From Chiloscyllium plagiosum (lineage: Eukaryota): a DNA stretch of 64,000 bases. Numbering within the stretch: position 1 is the stretch's first letter; each line of letters begins with the position of its first letter. This document shows, in pieces, positions 26,885 to 38,159 of the stretch. The DNA lies in the NCBI RefSeq assembly GCF_004010195.1, contig NC_057756.1, positions 1,887,703 through 1,951,702 on the forward strand, in the 5' to 3' direction. A program made the position numbers and the translations under genes. The notes beneath the pieces were generated by a model. The model had not been told where the DNA came from and did no database searches. It was given only the letters and a program-made list of their open reading frames with translations.

Positions 26885-28420
26885 ATGAAACTGAAAAATG
26901 CGTTGCTGGAAAAGCGCAACAAGTCAGGCAGCATCCAAGGATCAAGAGAATCGACGTTTCAGGCATAAGCCCCTCTTCAGAAATTAGGCGATTGGGTAGG
27001 GGCTGAGCGGTAAATGGAGGGAGGTTGGGTTTGTGGGGAAGGTAGCTGGAAATGCAATAGGTGAATTGGGGGCGAGGGTAACAAATTGGAGAGGAGAGTG
27101 AGTTCATAGATGGGAAAATCGATCCACACATCAAGAGCGTGGTACTGAGTTGGAGGCTTGGGATTGGGATAAGGTAGGGGAGCAGAAATGAGGAAACCGA
27201 TGAAATCTGGATTAATGCCGTTTCGTTACTGGGTTCCAAGGCGGAAGATGAGGCATTCTTCCTCCAGGAGTAGCGTTGCCAGAGCTTCGTGGTGTAAGAG
27301 TCCCAGGACTTGCATGTGCTTGGTGCATTGAGATGGCGAGCTGAAGTGTTTAGCCATGGGGAGGTGGATTGTTTGTGTGGGTGATCCAGAGATTTTCACT
27401 GAGAGGATCCACAAGTTGGTGTTCTGTTTCCTCGAAGTAGAGGAGACCACATCATGTGCAATGGATACTGGAGATGACATTTTTAGAAGTACTGGTACAT
27501 TTCTTTCAGATGTGGAATAATCCTTTGGGGCCTTAGACAGATGTGAGAGAGATGGTGTGTACACAGGTTTTCATTTCCTGTGGTGGCAGGGGAAGGTTCC
27601 ATGAATATGTAGAAGGCTGGTGAAGGAGAAGTGGATCTGACCAGACACTCGTGGAGGGAATGGTCACTAGTGGATGGGTCGGTTGGTAGGTAGTGGAAGC
27701 GATGGAGGATGATGCAATGTACACAGACATTGGTAGGATAGAAGGTACAGATAAGAATACTCTGTCATTGTTGCATTGGGAGGGTGAGGCTCAAGTGTCA
27801 GAAGTGGACAAAAGTGGCTGGAGTGCTTCCTGGACGACGTGGGAGGGGAAATTACGGACTTTGAAGATGGTGGCCATCTGAGTCTTTCTGCAGTGGAATT
27901 GAATATTCTGGGAACAAATGCGGCAGAGGCAGAGGAATTGGGAATAAGGGATGGCATTTTTTTTTATATGGCAGTGTGCATGGAGATGTAGTCCCGGAAG
28001 CTGTGGAATTATGTGGGTTTTTAGTAGATGTCCATGGTTAGTCAGTTACTTGAGATGATGATGCAGAGGGCCACGAGAGGCAGCGAGGTGTCGGAGGTGG
28101 TCCAGGTGAATTTGAGGTCTGGATGAAATGTAATAGTGAAGTTGATGAACTGTTCATCCTCATGATGGAAGCATGAGGTAGCGCTGATCCAGTCATTAAT
28201 GTAGTGGAGGATAATGTGGAGCATTGTGACAGTGTAGCTGTGGAAGATCGACAAATTGGCAGCCATAGCTGGGGCACAAGTGGGTGCCCATGGCTACCCT
28301 TCTGCTTTACAGGAAGTGGGAGGATGGAAGGAGACATTGCTAAGGATGGATAACCTGTTTATCCAGGCAGATGAGGGCGTCAGTGGAAATGTACTGTGTG
28401 GGACGGCGTAAGGTGAATAA
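26885..28420 (-). mobile_element. Penelope-like element: RT core to GIY-YIG to pLTR, frameshifted
   Basis: HYINDWISAT..EQFINFT..FHPDLKFTWTTSDTSLP; DIY*KPT; HMQVLGLLH..LEEECLIFRLGT; hammerhead and pLTR at 26885-26985. Confidence 0.85.
26947..26985 (-). ncRNA. Minimal hammerhead ribozyme motif
   Basis: Minus strand: TTT CTGAAGA G GGGC TTAT GCCT GAAAC GTC GATT; conserved core intact, stem II with one G-U pair. Confidence 0.65.
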
Positions 28421-28439
28421 ATCTAGAGCTTGTGGGTTT

Positions 28440-29300
28440 TCAAACAGACACTTAAGGATATATTTCCCTCCCGACCAATATCGGCATTCAAAGAGACCAA
28501 TTCCACCATAACTCTATTGTTGGATCCTTATACACCAGCAGACCTCACACACTCCCAGTATATTCCCCTGCCACCGCAGGAATTGCAAAGCCTTCGCCCA
28601 CGCCTCTTATCTCATCGCCGTCCAAGGCCCCAAAAGATCATTCCACATCTGACTGAAACTTACCTCTACCTCCACAAATGTCATGTACTGTATCCATTGA
28701 ACCAGATATGGTCTCCTCTATATCAGGGAGACAAGACATCAACTTGTGTATCATTTATGAGAACATTTCTGGGACGCCTTCGTCAACCAACTCCACCACG
28801 CCTTGGCTGAAAACTTCAACTCCCCATCCCACTCCACCAAGGACATCCAGGTCCCGGGCCTCTTCCACCGCAATAAAAAAAACCTTACCACACGACGTCT
28901 GGAGCAAGAATGCCTCACCTTCTACCTTGAGACCCTGCAACCACACGGCATTAATGTGGATTTCAGCAGTACCGTCATTTCACCTACCCCCAACTTATTC
29001 TAGCAACAAGCCTCTAACTTGGCAACCACCCATCATCTTTCCCATCTATCCGCTCCACCTTCTTCTCTGACTTATCAATTTCTCCACCACCTTCGTATAC
29101 CTCTTACGTTCTCAGCTACCTTCATCCAGCCCCAACACCCTCCCAATTATTTCTCAGCCCCGGCCCACAAACCTCATTCCTGATGAAGGGCTCATGCCCG
29201 AAACGTCGATTCTCCTGGTCCTCGGATGCTGCATGATCTGCTGTGCTTTTGCAACACTGCACTCTCGCATATAATCTCCAGCAACTGCATTTCTCACTTT
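28440..29300 (+). mobile_element. Penelope-like element 3' segment (linker, GIY-YIG, pLTR), inverted relative to 26885-28420
   Basis: NVMYCIH*TRYGLLYIRET (GIY-YIG); AENFNSPSHSTKDIQVPGL..RRLEQECLTFYLETLQPHGINVDF. Confidence 0.85.
29174..29212 (+). ncRNA. Minimal hammerhead ribozyme motif (best-preserved copy)
   Basis: CTGATGA 29180-29186, extra A, stem II GGGC-TCAT-GCCC, GAAA 29200-29203, CGTC; predicted cleavage after C29207. Confidence 0.7.
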
Positions 29301-29821
29301 ATCTGAACACAATCGTGTAATTGTTATCAGAAAACTGTAAACTGCAATCATGCATGTACATGATGAAAATATCAATTGAGGATGTTGAAAATGAAGAAAG
29401 CATCATGTTGATCGTTGAATGTTTTCACATGGAAAGATTGGTTGGGTTTGTTACTCGGTTCACCTCGGTGGCCTGCCTAATGATTAACACCCTTGCAAGA
29501 GTTCAGAGATGCTAGTGTAAGGTCTTGTTAAATGCACTCCACAAATACTATGCATTAGTTTAAGGTTACCACAGTCGCTCTCTCAAGTGAAGTCACATTT
29601 AAAAAGATATCCATAGCTGTATTGAGTTTTGCTTTTTGTTTACCTTTTTCACATTGCCTCAACTTTTCCTCTAAAGTTTTCAGAAATTGAATTACATATT
29701 AGCAGGGATATTTCAAATGCATTATATTAATCTGAATACAATAAGTGAATACCGAAACATAGTACAGAGGAGACGAGATGACATTCCATTACAATTATAC
29801 ATAATACATTAAGCTTCAATC

Positions 29822-31845
29822 TGCAATTTGAGAGGGAGAGGGTACAGTCGGAAGTGACAGTACTTCTGTTGAATAAAGGGAACTATGGAGCTATGAGGGA
29901 GGAGCTGGCCAAAGTTCAATGGCGCAATACCTTAGCAGGGATGACCGTGGAGGAACAATGGCGTATATTTCTGTGTATAATGCAGAAATTGCAGGATCAG
30001 TTCATTCCTAAAAGGAAGAAAGATCCCAGGAGGAGGCATGGGAGGCCTGGCTGACGAGGGAAGTTAAGAAACATATAAAGTTAAAAGAGAAAAGGTATAA
30101 CATAGCAAAGATAAGTGGGAAAACTGAGTACTGGGAAGCTTGTAAAGAGCAACAGAGGATGACTAAGAAGGAAATACGCAGAGGAAAAATGAGGTACGAA
30201 GGTAAACTGGCCAATAATATAAAGGAGGATAGTAAAAGCTTTTTTACGTATGTGCAGGGCAAAAAAATGGTTAGGACTAAAATTGGGCCCTTGAAGACAG
30301 AAACAGGGAAATATATTACGGGGAACAAATAAATGGTAGAAGAATTAAATGGGTACTTCAGATCTATGTTCATTGGGGAAGACACAAGCAATCTCCCTGA
30401 GGTAACAGTTGCTGAAGGACCTAAACTTAAGGGAATTTATATTTGCCAGGATTTGGTGTTGGAGAGACTGTTAGGTCTGAATGCTGATAAGTTTCCGGGG
30501 CCTGATGGTCTACATCCCAGGGTATTGAAGGAGGTGGCTCGGGAAATCATGGATGCGTTGGTGATTATTTTCCAGAGTTCGATAGATTCGGGGTCGGTTC
30601 CTGAGGATTGGAGGGTGGCTAATGTTATACCACTTTTTAAGAAAGGTGGGAGACAGAAAGCAGGAAATTTTCGACCAGTTAGTCTGACCTCAGTGGTGGG
30701 AAAGATGCTGGAGTCTATTGATAGTAGTAACAGGATAGGACAGAGTCAGCATGGATTTATGAAGGGGAAATCATGCCTGACTAACCTTCTTGAATTTTTT
30801 GAGCTTGCAACTCTGAAGATGGACGAGGGAGATCCAGTAGATGTAGTGTACCCGGACTTTCAGAAAGCTTTTGATAAAGTCCCACACAGTAGGTTAGTGA
30901 GTAAAATTAGGGCACATGGTATTGGGGGAAAAGTACTAGATTGGATTGAAAATTGGTTGGCTAATAGGAAACAAAGAGTAGTGATAAACAGCTCCATTTT
31001 GGAATGGCAGGCAGTGACCAGTGGGGTACCGCAGGGATCCGTGCTGGGACCGCAGCTTTTTACAATATATGTTAATGATATAGAAGATGGTATCAGCAAT
31101 AACATTAGCAAATTTGCTGATGATACAAAGCTGGGTGGCAGGGTGAAATATGATGAGGATGTTAGGAGATTACAGGGTGACCTGGACAAGTTAAGTGAGT
31201 GGGCAGATGCATAGCAGATGCAGTTTAATGTGGATAAATATATGGTTATCCACTTTGGTAGCAAGAACAAGNNNNNNNNNNNNNNNNGTGTAGTTCTGGT
31301 CTCCAAATTTGAGGAAAGACATTCTGGCTATTGAGGGAGTGCAGCGTAGGTTCACGAGGTCAATTCCTGGAATGGCGGGATTACCTTACACTGAAAGACT
31401 GAAGCGACTGGGCTTGTATATCCTTGAGTTTAGAAGACTGAGAGGGGATCTGATTGAGACATATAAGATTATGAAAGGATTGGACACTCTGGCAACAGGA
31501 AACATGTTTCCGCTAATGGGTGAGTGCCAAACCAGAGGACATAGCTTAAAAATACGGGGTAGACCATTTAGGACAGAGATGAGGAGAACGTTCTTCACCC
31601 AGAGAGTGGTGGCTGTGTGGAACGCTCTGCCCCAGTGGGCAGTGGAGGCCCAGTCTCTGGGTTCATTTAAGAAAGAGTTGGATAGAGCTCTCAAAGATAG
31701 TGGAATCAAGAGTTATGGAAATAAGGGAGGAAGAGGATACTGATTAGGAATGATCAGCCATGATCATATTGAATGGCGGTGCAGGCTCTAAGGGCTGAAT
31801 GGCCTACTCCTGCACCTATTTTCTATTGTCTATTGTCTAACTATG
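29822..31845 (+). mobile_element. CR1 LINE, 5'-truncated, relatively young; ORF2 RT pseudogene
   Basis: ORF 30333-31214: PGPDG, NFRPVSLTS, QHGF, DFQKAFDKVPH, GVPQGSVLGP, KFADD; C-terminal ORF 31309-31743; in-frame stops; tail TCTATTGTCTATTGTC. Confidence 0.95.
31272..31287. other. Assembly gap (16 N)
   Basis: Run of N. Confidence 1.
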
Positions 31846-33131
31846 TTTCAATAATTATTTGCATAATATCTGTAACTGCCATTAAAGATATGCCATCGTT
31901 ATTGCAATCGTTGAAGGGCAAAAAGACAACTTCGCTCATGCTAAAGTTTCCTCCGCTGAAGTCTTTTTCACATCAAATGATTCACGAAGAAAATCCAACA
32001 TTTCAAACTGAAATATGTTTGAAGTAAATTATTTCTTGATAGTTCTACGAAGTATACAACTTTTATAAGCAGTACGTTAAAATAATATTCACTTTATCAA
32101 TGTTTCCTTTGATTTGAATAATCCATAAATTCTACTCACCGGTATATTTCAAAGTTCTCTTTAATTCCTGTAGTTCTGAAATGCCAAAGATATTTATCAT
32201 TCAAAGCATCTGTGGAAGCATGCATGTTTAAGATTATATTGATACGATCCTAAAATAAAACTGAATTGTCAACATTTTAGAGAGCTTTCTCTCCATTTTG
32301 GTATAAGCATGTTAGGTTTAATTTCTCTCCTCAGACTCATATGTTCTCTCTTAATGCACCTTCTTCACTCATAATTGCTTGCATACTTTCCATGTTTAAG
32401 TAATGATAAAAATACGATTAACTATTTAACGTTATTTGCTATCGTCTGATCATACAGATTCCACTTCGATTTGCTCTGACAAAATTACGATTCATGCAAT
32501 TCATCAGATTTGATAATCCTTTAAACTGAGATAGATGGTCAAGCAAACAAAAAAAGTAATGTAACCAGTGCTGCAAGCGTTGAATGTCTTTCACCAGACT
32601 GGCACAATTTCTCGAATCTGTCTACGTCTGTTTTACCCTGCATGGAGAGGCTCATTCGTTCAATGAAAACTCTATCATTTCCAACGATTATTCTTTTTTC
32701 TTTTTTGCTACGCTGGGTGCCCTCATGGAGAACATGGCACATGAACACAAAATTTTCTTCTGAACATTGCTGGTTTCAGAATCACTTAATTCTAAGCTTT
32801 CTCAACAATTGAGATATTAAAATTTCAACGCCATGGGGAAAAATCAAATTCTTGATTCCAAATTGATTTTACATTATCCAGATCTGGCATCACGGTTAAA
32901 ATAGTTTCCTTTTCTCTTGCATGATTTGATGAACAATCTTGACTTTTCGAAAATGTCCTATTGGACTCTTCAGTTAACTAGTATTTCGAAAAAGAAATGC
33001 CATCCAAACACTGCTCAATTTTTGATAGAATTGTTGAAGTCATTATGTTCCTAATGTCGAAGCCATAACTCTACTTACAATTGCTTTCAGGTGCCGAAGA
33101 CAGTCCAAAAACTAAGTCATGATAAAGATGT

Positions 33132-33348
33132 CCCACTGTTGATTTCGGGTGAACAAAGTTAAAAATTGCACAACACCAAATTGTAGTCCAATAGTGTGAG
33201 TTGGAATACAGGCTTCTCGAGCGCTTCTCATTTCTCAGGTAGCTTTTTCGTCAGGTGACCAGCTCCCTGACTAAGTAGCAAGTTTCCACAAACGTGTTCC
33301 ACCATATAACCTCGCTGGACGATAACATGGTGTTGTGTGATTTTCAAC
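33132..33348. repeat. Degenerate inverted pair of a second PLE-type terminus family
   Basis: GTTAAAAATTGCACAACACCA..TAGTCCAA is complementary to TGGACGATAACATGGTGTTGTGTGATTTTCAAC; CTGACGA remnant on the minus strand near 33249-33255. Confidence 0.6.
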
Positions 33349-33502
33349 AACAAAAAAAAGTGTTAGCAGCATGAACAACAATTATTATAATGATAACTTA
33401 GTACTTGTGCATACTTCTCAAACATGTGTTCCTCTTCTCGATCACTAAAGAACCAACAAGCAAATATTACGTTGGAAAAAGAAATTATGATTGGAAGATG
33501 CC

Positions 33503-33759
33503 TGTGTTGGACTGGCATGGACAAAGTTAAGAAATCACATCACAACAGTTTATAGTCCAGCAAGTTTAATTGAAAGCACTAGCTTTTGGAGCACTTGACC
33601 TTCGTCAGGTGTTTGTGCAGCACACAATTGTCAGGCAGTCTTGTAAGATGTCTTACAATTGTGTATTCTTCAACAACCTGATGAAGGAGTAGTGCTCCGA
33701 AGGTGGTACTTCGAATTAACATGTTGGACTATAACCTCGTGTTGTGCAATTTTTAACTT
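33503..33759. repeat. Inverted pair of second-family PLE-type termini, each with a hammerhead-like core
   Basis: + arm: CTGATGA A GGAGT AGT GCTCC GAAG (33678-33702); - arm: CTGACGA AGG..GTGCTCC AAAAGCTAGTG (33576-33608); arms GTTTATAGTCCAGCA / TGTTGGACTATAAC. Confidence 0.7.
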
Positions 33760-34454
33760 AGAAAAGATTTTATTTTTCATTGTTGCTGAATGCTGAAATA
33801 CCTAGCTAAAAGAAAAGACAATGTAATCAATATAATACCCGTGTTATTCAAGATCAATGTGTTGTCAACATTAGATAAGGTGAAAATCTGGCAGTTTATC
33901 TTTACGTATTCAGTTACCTTAACTCTACTCCCGTTTATCCTGTGTTACATCAGAGCTCCACTGATTTGCAATGATAATGTCAAAGAATGGCGCAAACCGT
34001 TGCCAATAATTCCACATATATTGCCTTTAACATCATCATATTGCACACGATGTCAGTCCGTTTACACAAGCTATTTAATGACTGTATCCAGCATCCTGGC
34101 AACACAACATAAGTGTGTGCATTTCTTTGAATTTGAAAGCTTTTTGTTTTCCCCTCTAATTCATTTCGTTTGTTTGACTTCATTAGGGCGTAACTATCAT
34201 TTTTTGTAGATTTTCCGTGTGCATTTATATTGTTGAACATAATGGAATTCATGTTTTTATCAAGCTGGATTCCATTGTTGAGGGTGGCTCGGCTCATCCA
34301 CACAACCTCGGATGTCTTGGTGCAATATTTCCAAGATGTGAAATCAACTTCTACAAGGTTTAAGAACCTTGAGCCTGCCTGCTGTATATTATATCTGTTC
34401 AGTAGACGTTTGAGGCATTTATCTCTTCTCGCTCTTGACTTTTTTTCTGATTTG

Positions 34455-34538
34455 GAAGTACTGGTGTTGGACTGGGGTTAACAGATTTAAAAATCAGACA
34501 ATACTAGGTTATAGTCCAACAGGTTTATTCAGAAGCTA
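34455..34538 (-). repeat. Single arm of the second-family terminus
   Basis: GGTGTTGGACTGGGG..TTAAAAATCA..AGGTTATAGTCCAACAGGTTTATT matches 33503-33575. Confidence 0.65.
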
Positions 34539-34539
34539 A

Positions 34540-35392
34540 TTCACCTGTCTCGATAAGATTAATGTCGGTGGCGTAGTGGACAGTTCAGAAGAATGTTACA
34601 GATTGCAGGGGGACTTAGATAAACTGCAGGATTGGGCTGAGACGTGGCAAATGGAGTTCAATGCAGCTAAATGGGAGGTGATGCACTTTGGAAAGAATAA
34701 CAGGAAGGCAGAGCACTGGGTCAATGGAAAACTTCTTGGTAGTGTAGATGTGTAGACGGATCTTGGCGTTCATGCGCTTCGATTCCTGAAAGTTTACACC
34801 CAGGTTGATAGTGCTGTTAAGAAGGCATTCAGTGTGTTATGTTTCATTTGTAGAGCGACTGAGTTCAGGAGCCACAATGTTATGCCACAAATATACAAAC
34901 TGCAAATGTGGCCACACTTGGAATATTATGTATAGTCCTGGTCGCCATATTTTAGGAAGGATGTGGGAGCATTGGAAAAGGTGCATAGGAAATTTCCGTC
35001 GATGTTGCCTGGTCTGGAGGAAAGGTCTTATGAGAAAAGGCTGTGAGACTTAGGTTTGTTCTCATTGCAAAGAAGAAGGCTAAAATGGGATTTGATAGAG
35101 ACATGCAAGATGTTCAGAAGATTAGATAGGGTGGACAGTGCAAGTCTTTTTCCGAGGATGATGATATCAGCGTGTACGAGGGGACATAACTACTAATTGA
35201 GGGGTGATAGATTTAAGACAGATGTCAGAGGCAGGTTCTTTACTCAGAGAGTGTTAAGGTCGTGGAATGTAATGTAGTGAACTCAGCCAAATTAGGGAGA
35301 TTTAAGCAATCCTTGAATAAGCACATGGATGGTGGTGGAATAATGTAGGAGGACGAGCTGAGAATAGTTCACGGGTCAGTACAACACGAACT
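34540..35392 (+). mobile_element. CR1 LINE 3' fragment
   Basis: LQGDLDKLQDWAETWQMEFNAAKWEVMHFGKNN; FFTQRV; frameshifted. Confidence 0.9.
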
Positions 35393-36162
35393 GGTACTTT
35401 TGTGAAATGTCACTTGATTATGAAAAACGATGGTTCCTAGATTCACGTTGACAAAATGCATTGACATATCGCACCATTTCATGTCCGTGGATATTCCACA
35501 GTTGTGATGCATGAACGTTCGGGTGATTAGTGTGTTATAACAGTCCCATAGCTCTTGGGAATCACGTGAAATATTTTGAAGAAATGCCGCAGTAATATTT
35601 TAATCACATTGCAGATTACACTTTGCATAAATCGATATTTTTCAAAAGGTTTGATATTTTTCATTTCACTGTATTTTGGACGGTATGGTTCTGAGTGATC
35701 ACCTAATTCACAGAATGAAGTGCGAAAAAAACATAAAAAATATAGTAAGATAGAATGTAGGAGGATTAGTAGGATATTCAGCCCTCTCAATCTGCTCCAC
35801 CATTCAATATCACACTGGCTGATATTCTGAGTCAGTACCTTAAACTGGCTTTGATCCACTTCACACTGCCTGTGACAGCAGCAGAAAATGACCCAAGATA
35901 GAACATGACAGATACGCGTGACCGTAGTCTTAGAGAGTTTACAAATGTATTAGGTTAATGTAGCTTGAACAAGTTAGAAAAATAGCAACTGTGCAGATCC
36001 AAGGTACGAGAACAAACATAAAATACACAGCTTTAGCTGTTTACTCATATGACATAGATAAGAATATTTCACGCTACATTTGATTAGTAAATCTGTATAA
36101 TTTTTGAAACAATCTCTTAAAATACTAACAGGAGGCTACAATTAAGATCCATCAAATAATAC

Positions 36163-36201
36163 AGTCATAGAGTCATAGAGATGTACAGCATGGAAACAGA
36201 C
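36163..36201 (-). mobile_element. Extremely truncated CR1 3' tail
   Basis: AGTCATAGAGTCATAGAGATGTACAGCATGGAAACAGAC, nearly identical to the ends at 23774 and 50329. Confidence 0.8.
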
Positions 36202-37802
36202 TATTCTATAGCAGGTATAAAGTTACACATATGAGAAAAGTCACTAAAAGCATTCAAGGAAAAGTTTCAAATATATAATGAGAGCAAACCAATCTCGGAC
36301 AGTAAAATATAACACACATATCATTGCCAAGAGAATTAGATCGCAGGTATGGAAACTAGCAGACATCGCAATGTGGATTGTATGAACACATTGTACGATA
36401 AATACAGAGTGTTTTGTACTAAACATGCCGAGGAATAAACTGATCGCAACTCCAGAGGTAAATAATTTTATCATTAAATGCAACCATACACATTTGTCAG
36501 AATTGACATTATAACAGTTGGTACGAATGAGTATTCTTTTGGATTTCCTGTGATGAGATTAATAAGAAATTTGAAAGACTCTTAAGTGATAGGCTAACAT
36601 GCAATTAACTGTCACTTAACACGATGCAGCTGGCAAATATCAGGGAGGGAATACACTTGAATGCAGTTCCCATTTCGAAAATTCAGAAAAAGATGAGCTA
36701 AGAGAGTTTGGGAAACAGCCCGACAGTATGGAGAACCAGGGTTTGACCACATTTCTGCCCAGCTCTAACAGTCCAGTCATACAACTACCTTAATTGAACA
36801 TGTATTTAATCAATATGATTAGTTTGCAAATGTTAAAGGCGAGATGAAACAAATGTATGAAAATATATGAGTTTCTTTCTGCAGAGAAGTGCTTTCTGGG
36901 TTTTCAGAGGTTTTTGTCCACCGTTGCAATTTTAATAAACTTATTGATGCTGTAAGTCAGCTCTTGCACATCGACTCAATCACTTGTTTATTCCACCCCA
37001 ACACACCCTGAGAACTGTTAAGTCTTAATGGGAAACACGCAATGCACATTTTCTGTTTTCAAATAGTAATCTTGTCATTATTTCTATCTATCTCATTTCT
37101 TGAGCTTCTTCAGAAGACAATGGAAATAGTTCATCACATGCTGAGTTTTCAATTAAAGAGTCAACCACTGGCTGTTGAAAATACTTTTTACTTGCGATCA
37201 CAAAAGTATGTCTTCACATAGTTTCATTTGGGTACAGATGCGATATATCGACTAATCAGCTGTTCATCTACTATTGAGTTGTGTGATGTGAAAAAAGTAA
37301 TAATCATCTTCCCTGTCATCTTACGAAATTTTACTTCCTTGTCTATATATGGGAAAGTAATTAATTACAGCCCTCAATTACAGTGCTCATTTAGCTTCAT
37401 TGTGCACCGGATCCACGCTTGCATTGTGTGATTTGATTTGTGAGAAAAACGAGGAGCGGACATTTACCTACTAACCAGCGTGATTGCAGATATTCTATAT
37501 ATAGTTGCCTGTATCTCTAAAAGTGCTTCTTGTCCTGTATTACTACTTACTTATTGCTTTTTTTCTTCCCCAATTCACTTTCAGCATTTCTACATTAGCT
37601 CCAGACAATTAAGCATATTGCTCTTCTTCATAGGAAAATGGACTCCGACATACAGGAAAGAAAATCTTACAGGCTCGTGAGCAAGAAATTTGTCAAATCA
37701 TGACAGAAAGAAAATTATTGAAACTTCCAAGAACAATAATTTAGAACGACATTTACACAACGTTTACTGGATCATAAAAAATCACATGTTTATATGAAAT
37801 AA

Positions 37803-37932
37803 ACGCTGGAAAAGTACAGTAAGTTAGGTAGCATTCGCGGAGTTCCTCAGATGCTGCCTAACATGATGTTCTTTTCAAGCGTCACACTTCTCGACTCTGG
37901 CTCTCCAGCATCTGCAGTCCTTACTTTGTCCT
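37803..37932. repeat. Collapsed hairpin of PLE termini lacking the ribozyme core
   Basis: GCTGGAAAAGTACAGTAAGTTAGGTAGCAT pairs with ATGCTGCCTAACATGATGTTCTTTTCAAGC, followed by the usual pLTR tail GACTCTGGCTCTCCAGCATCTGCAGTCC. Confidence 0.7.
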
Positions 37933-38159
37933 ATTTTTATATGAATGAAAAATCGTGCTTAAACGATCTAGTCGAGGCATTTGATAACATAATGGTTCCA
38001 ATCAATTACTGTGCTTAAACTTTCAGAAGCAAGTCAATCACAACCTACATCAAAGTCTGTTATGAAAAATAAAATCTCATAATTTTTTGGCTTGGATAAA
38101 AATGTAACAGGTAAGGATAAATTGAATTTCACTATAAGGATACATGTGCTGGATAAGAA

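Noticed and set aside
30333..31214. Active or domesticated reverse transcriptase gene
   Set aside because: Flanked by in-frame stops, has a short internal deletion after MLESI and is 5'-truncated; an ordinary CR1 copy
32539..32748. FMCHVLHEG resembles the end of an Ig C1 domain
   Set aside because: The upstream frame is closed by stops and has no first Cys/Trp or usable acceptor
33790..34209. 139-aa ORF as a host gene
   Set aside because: Composition typical of AT-rich chance ORFs; no motif
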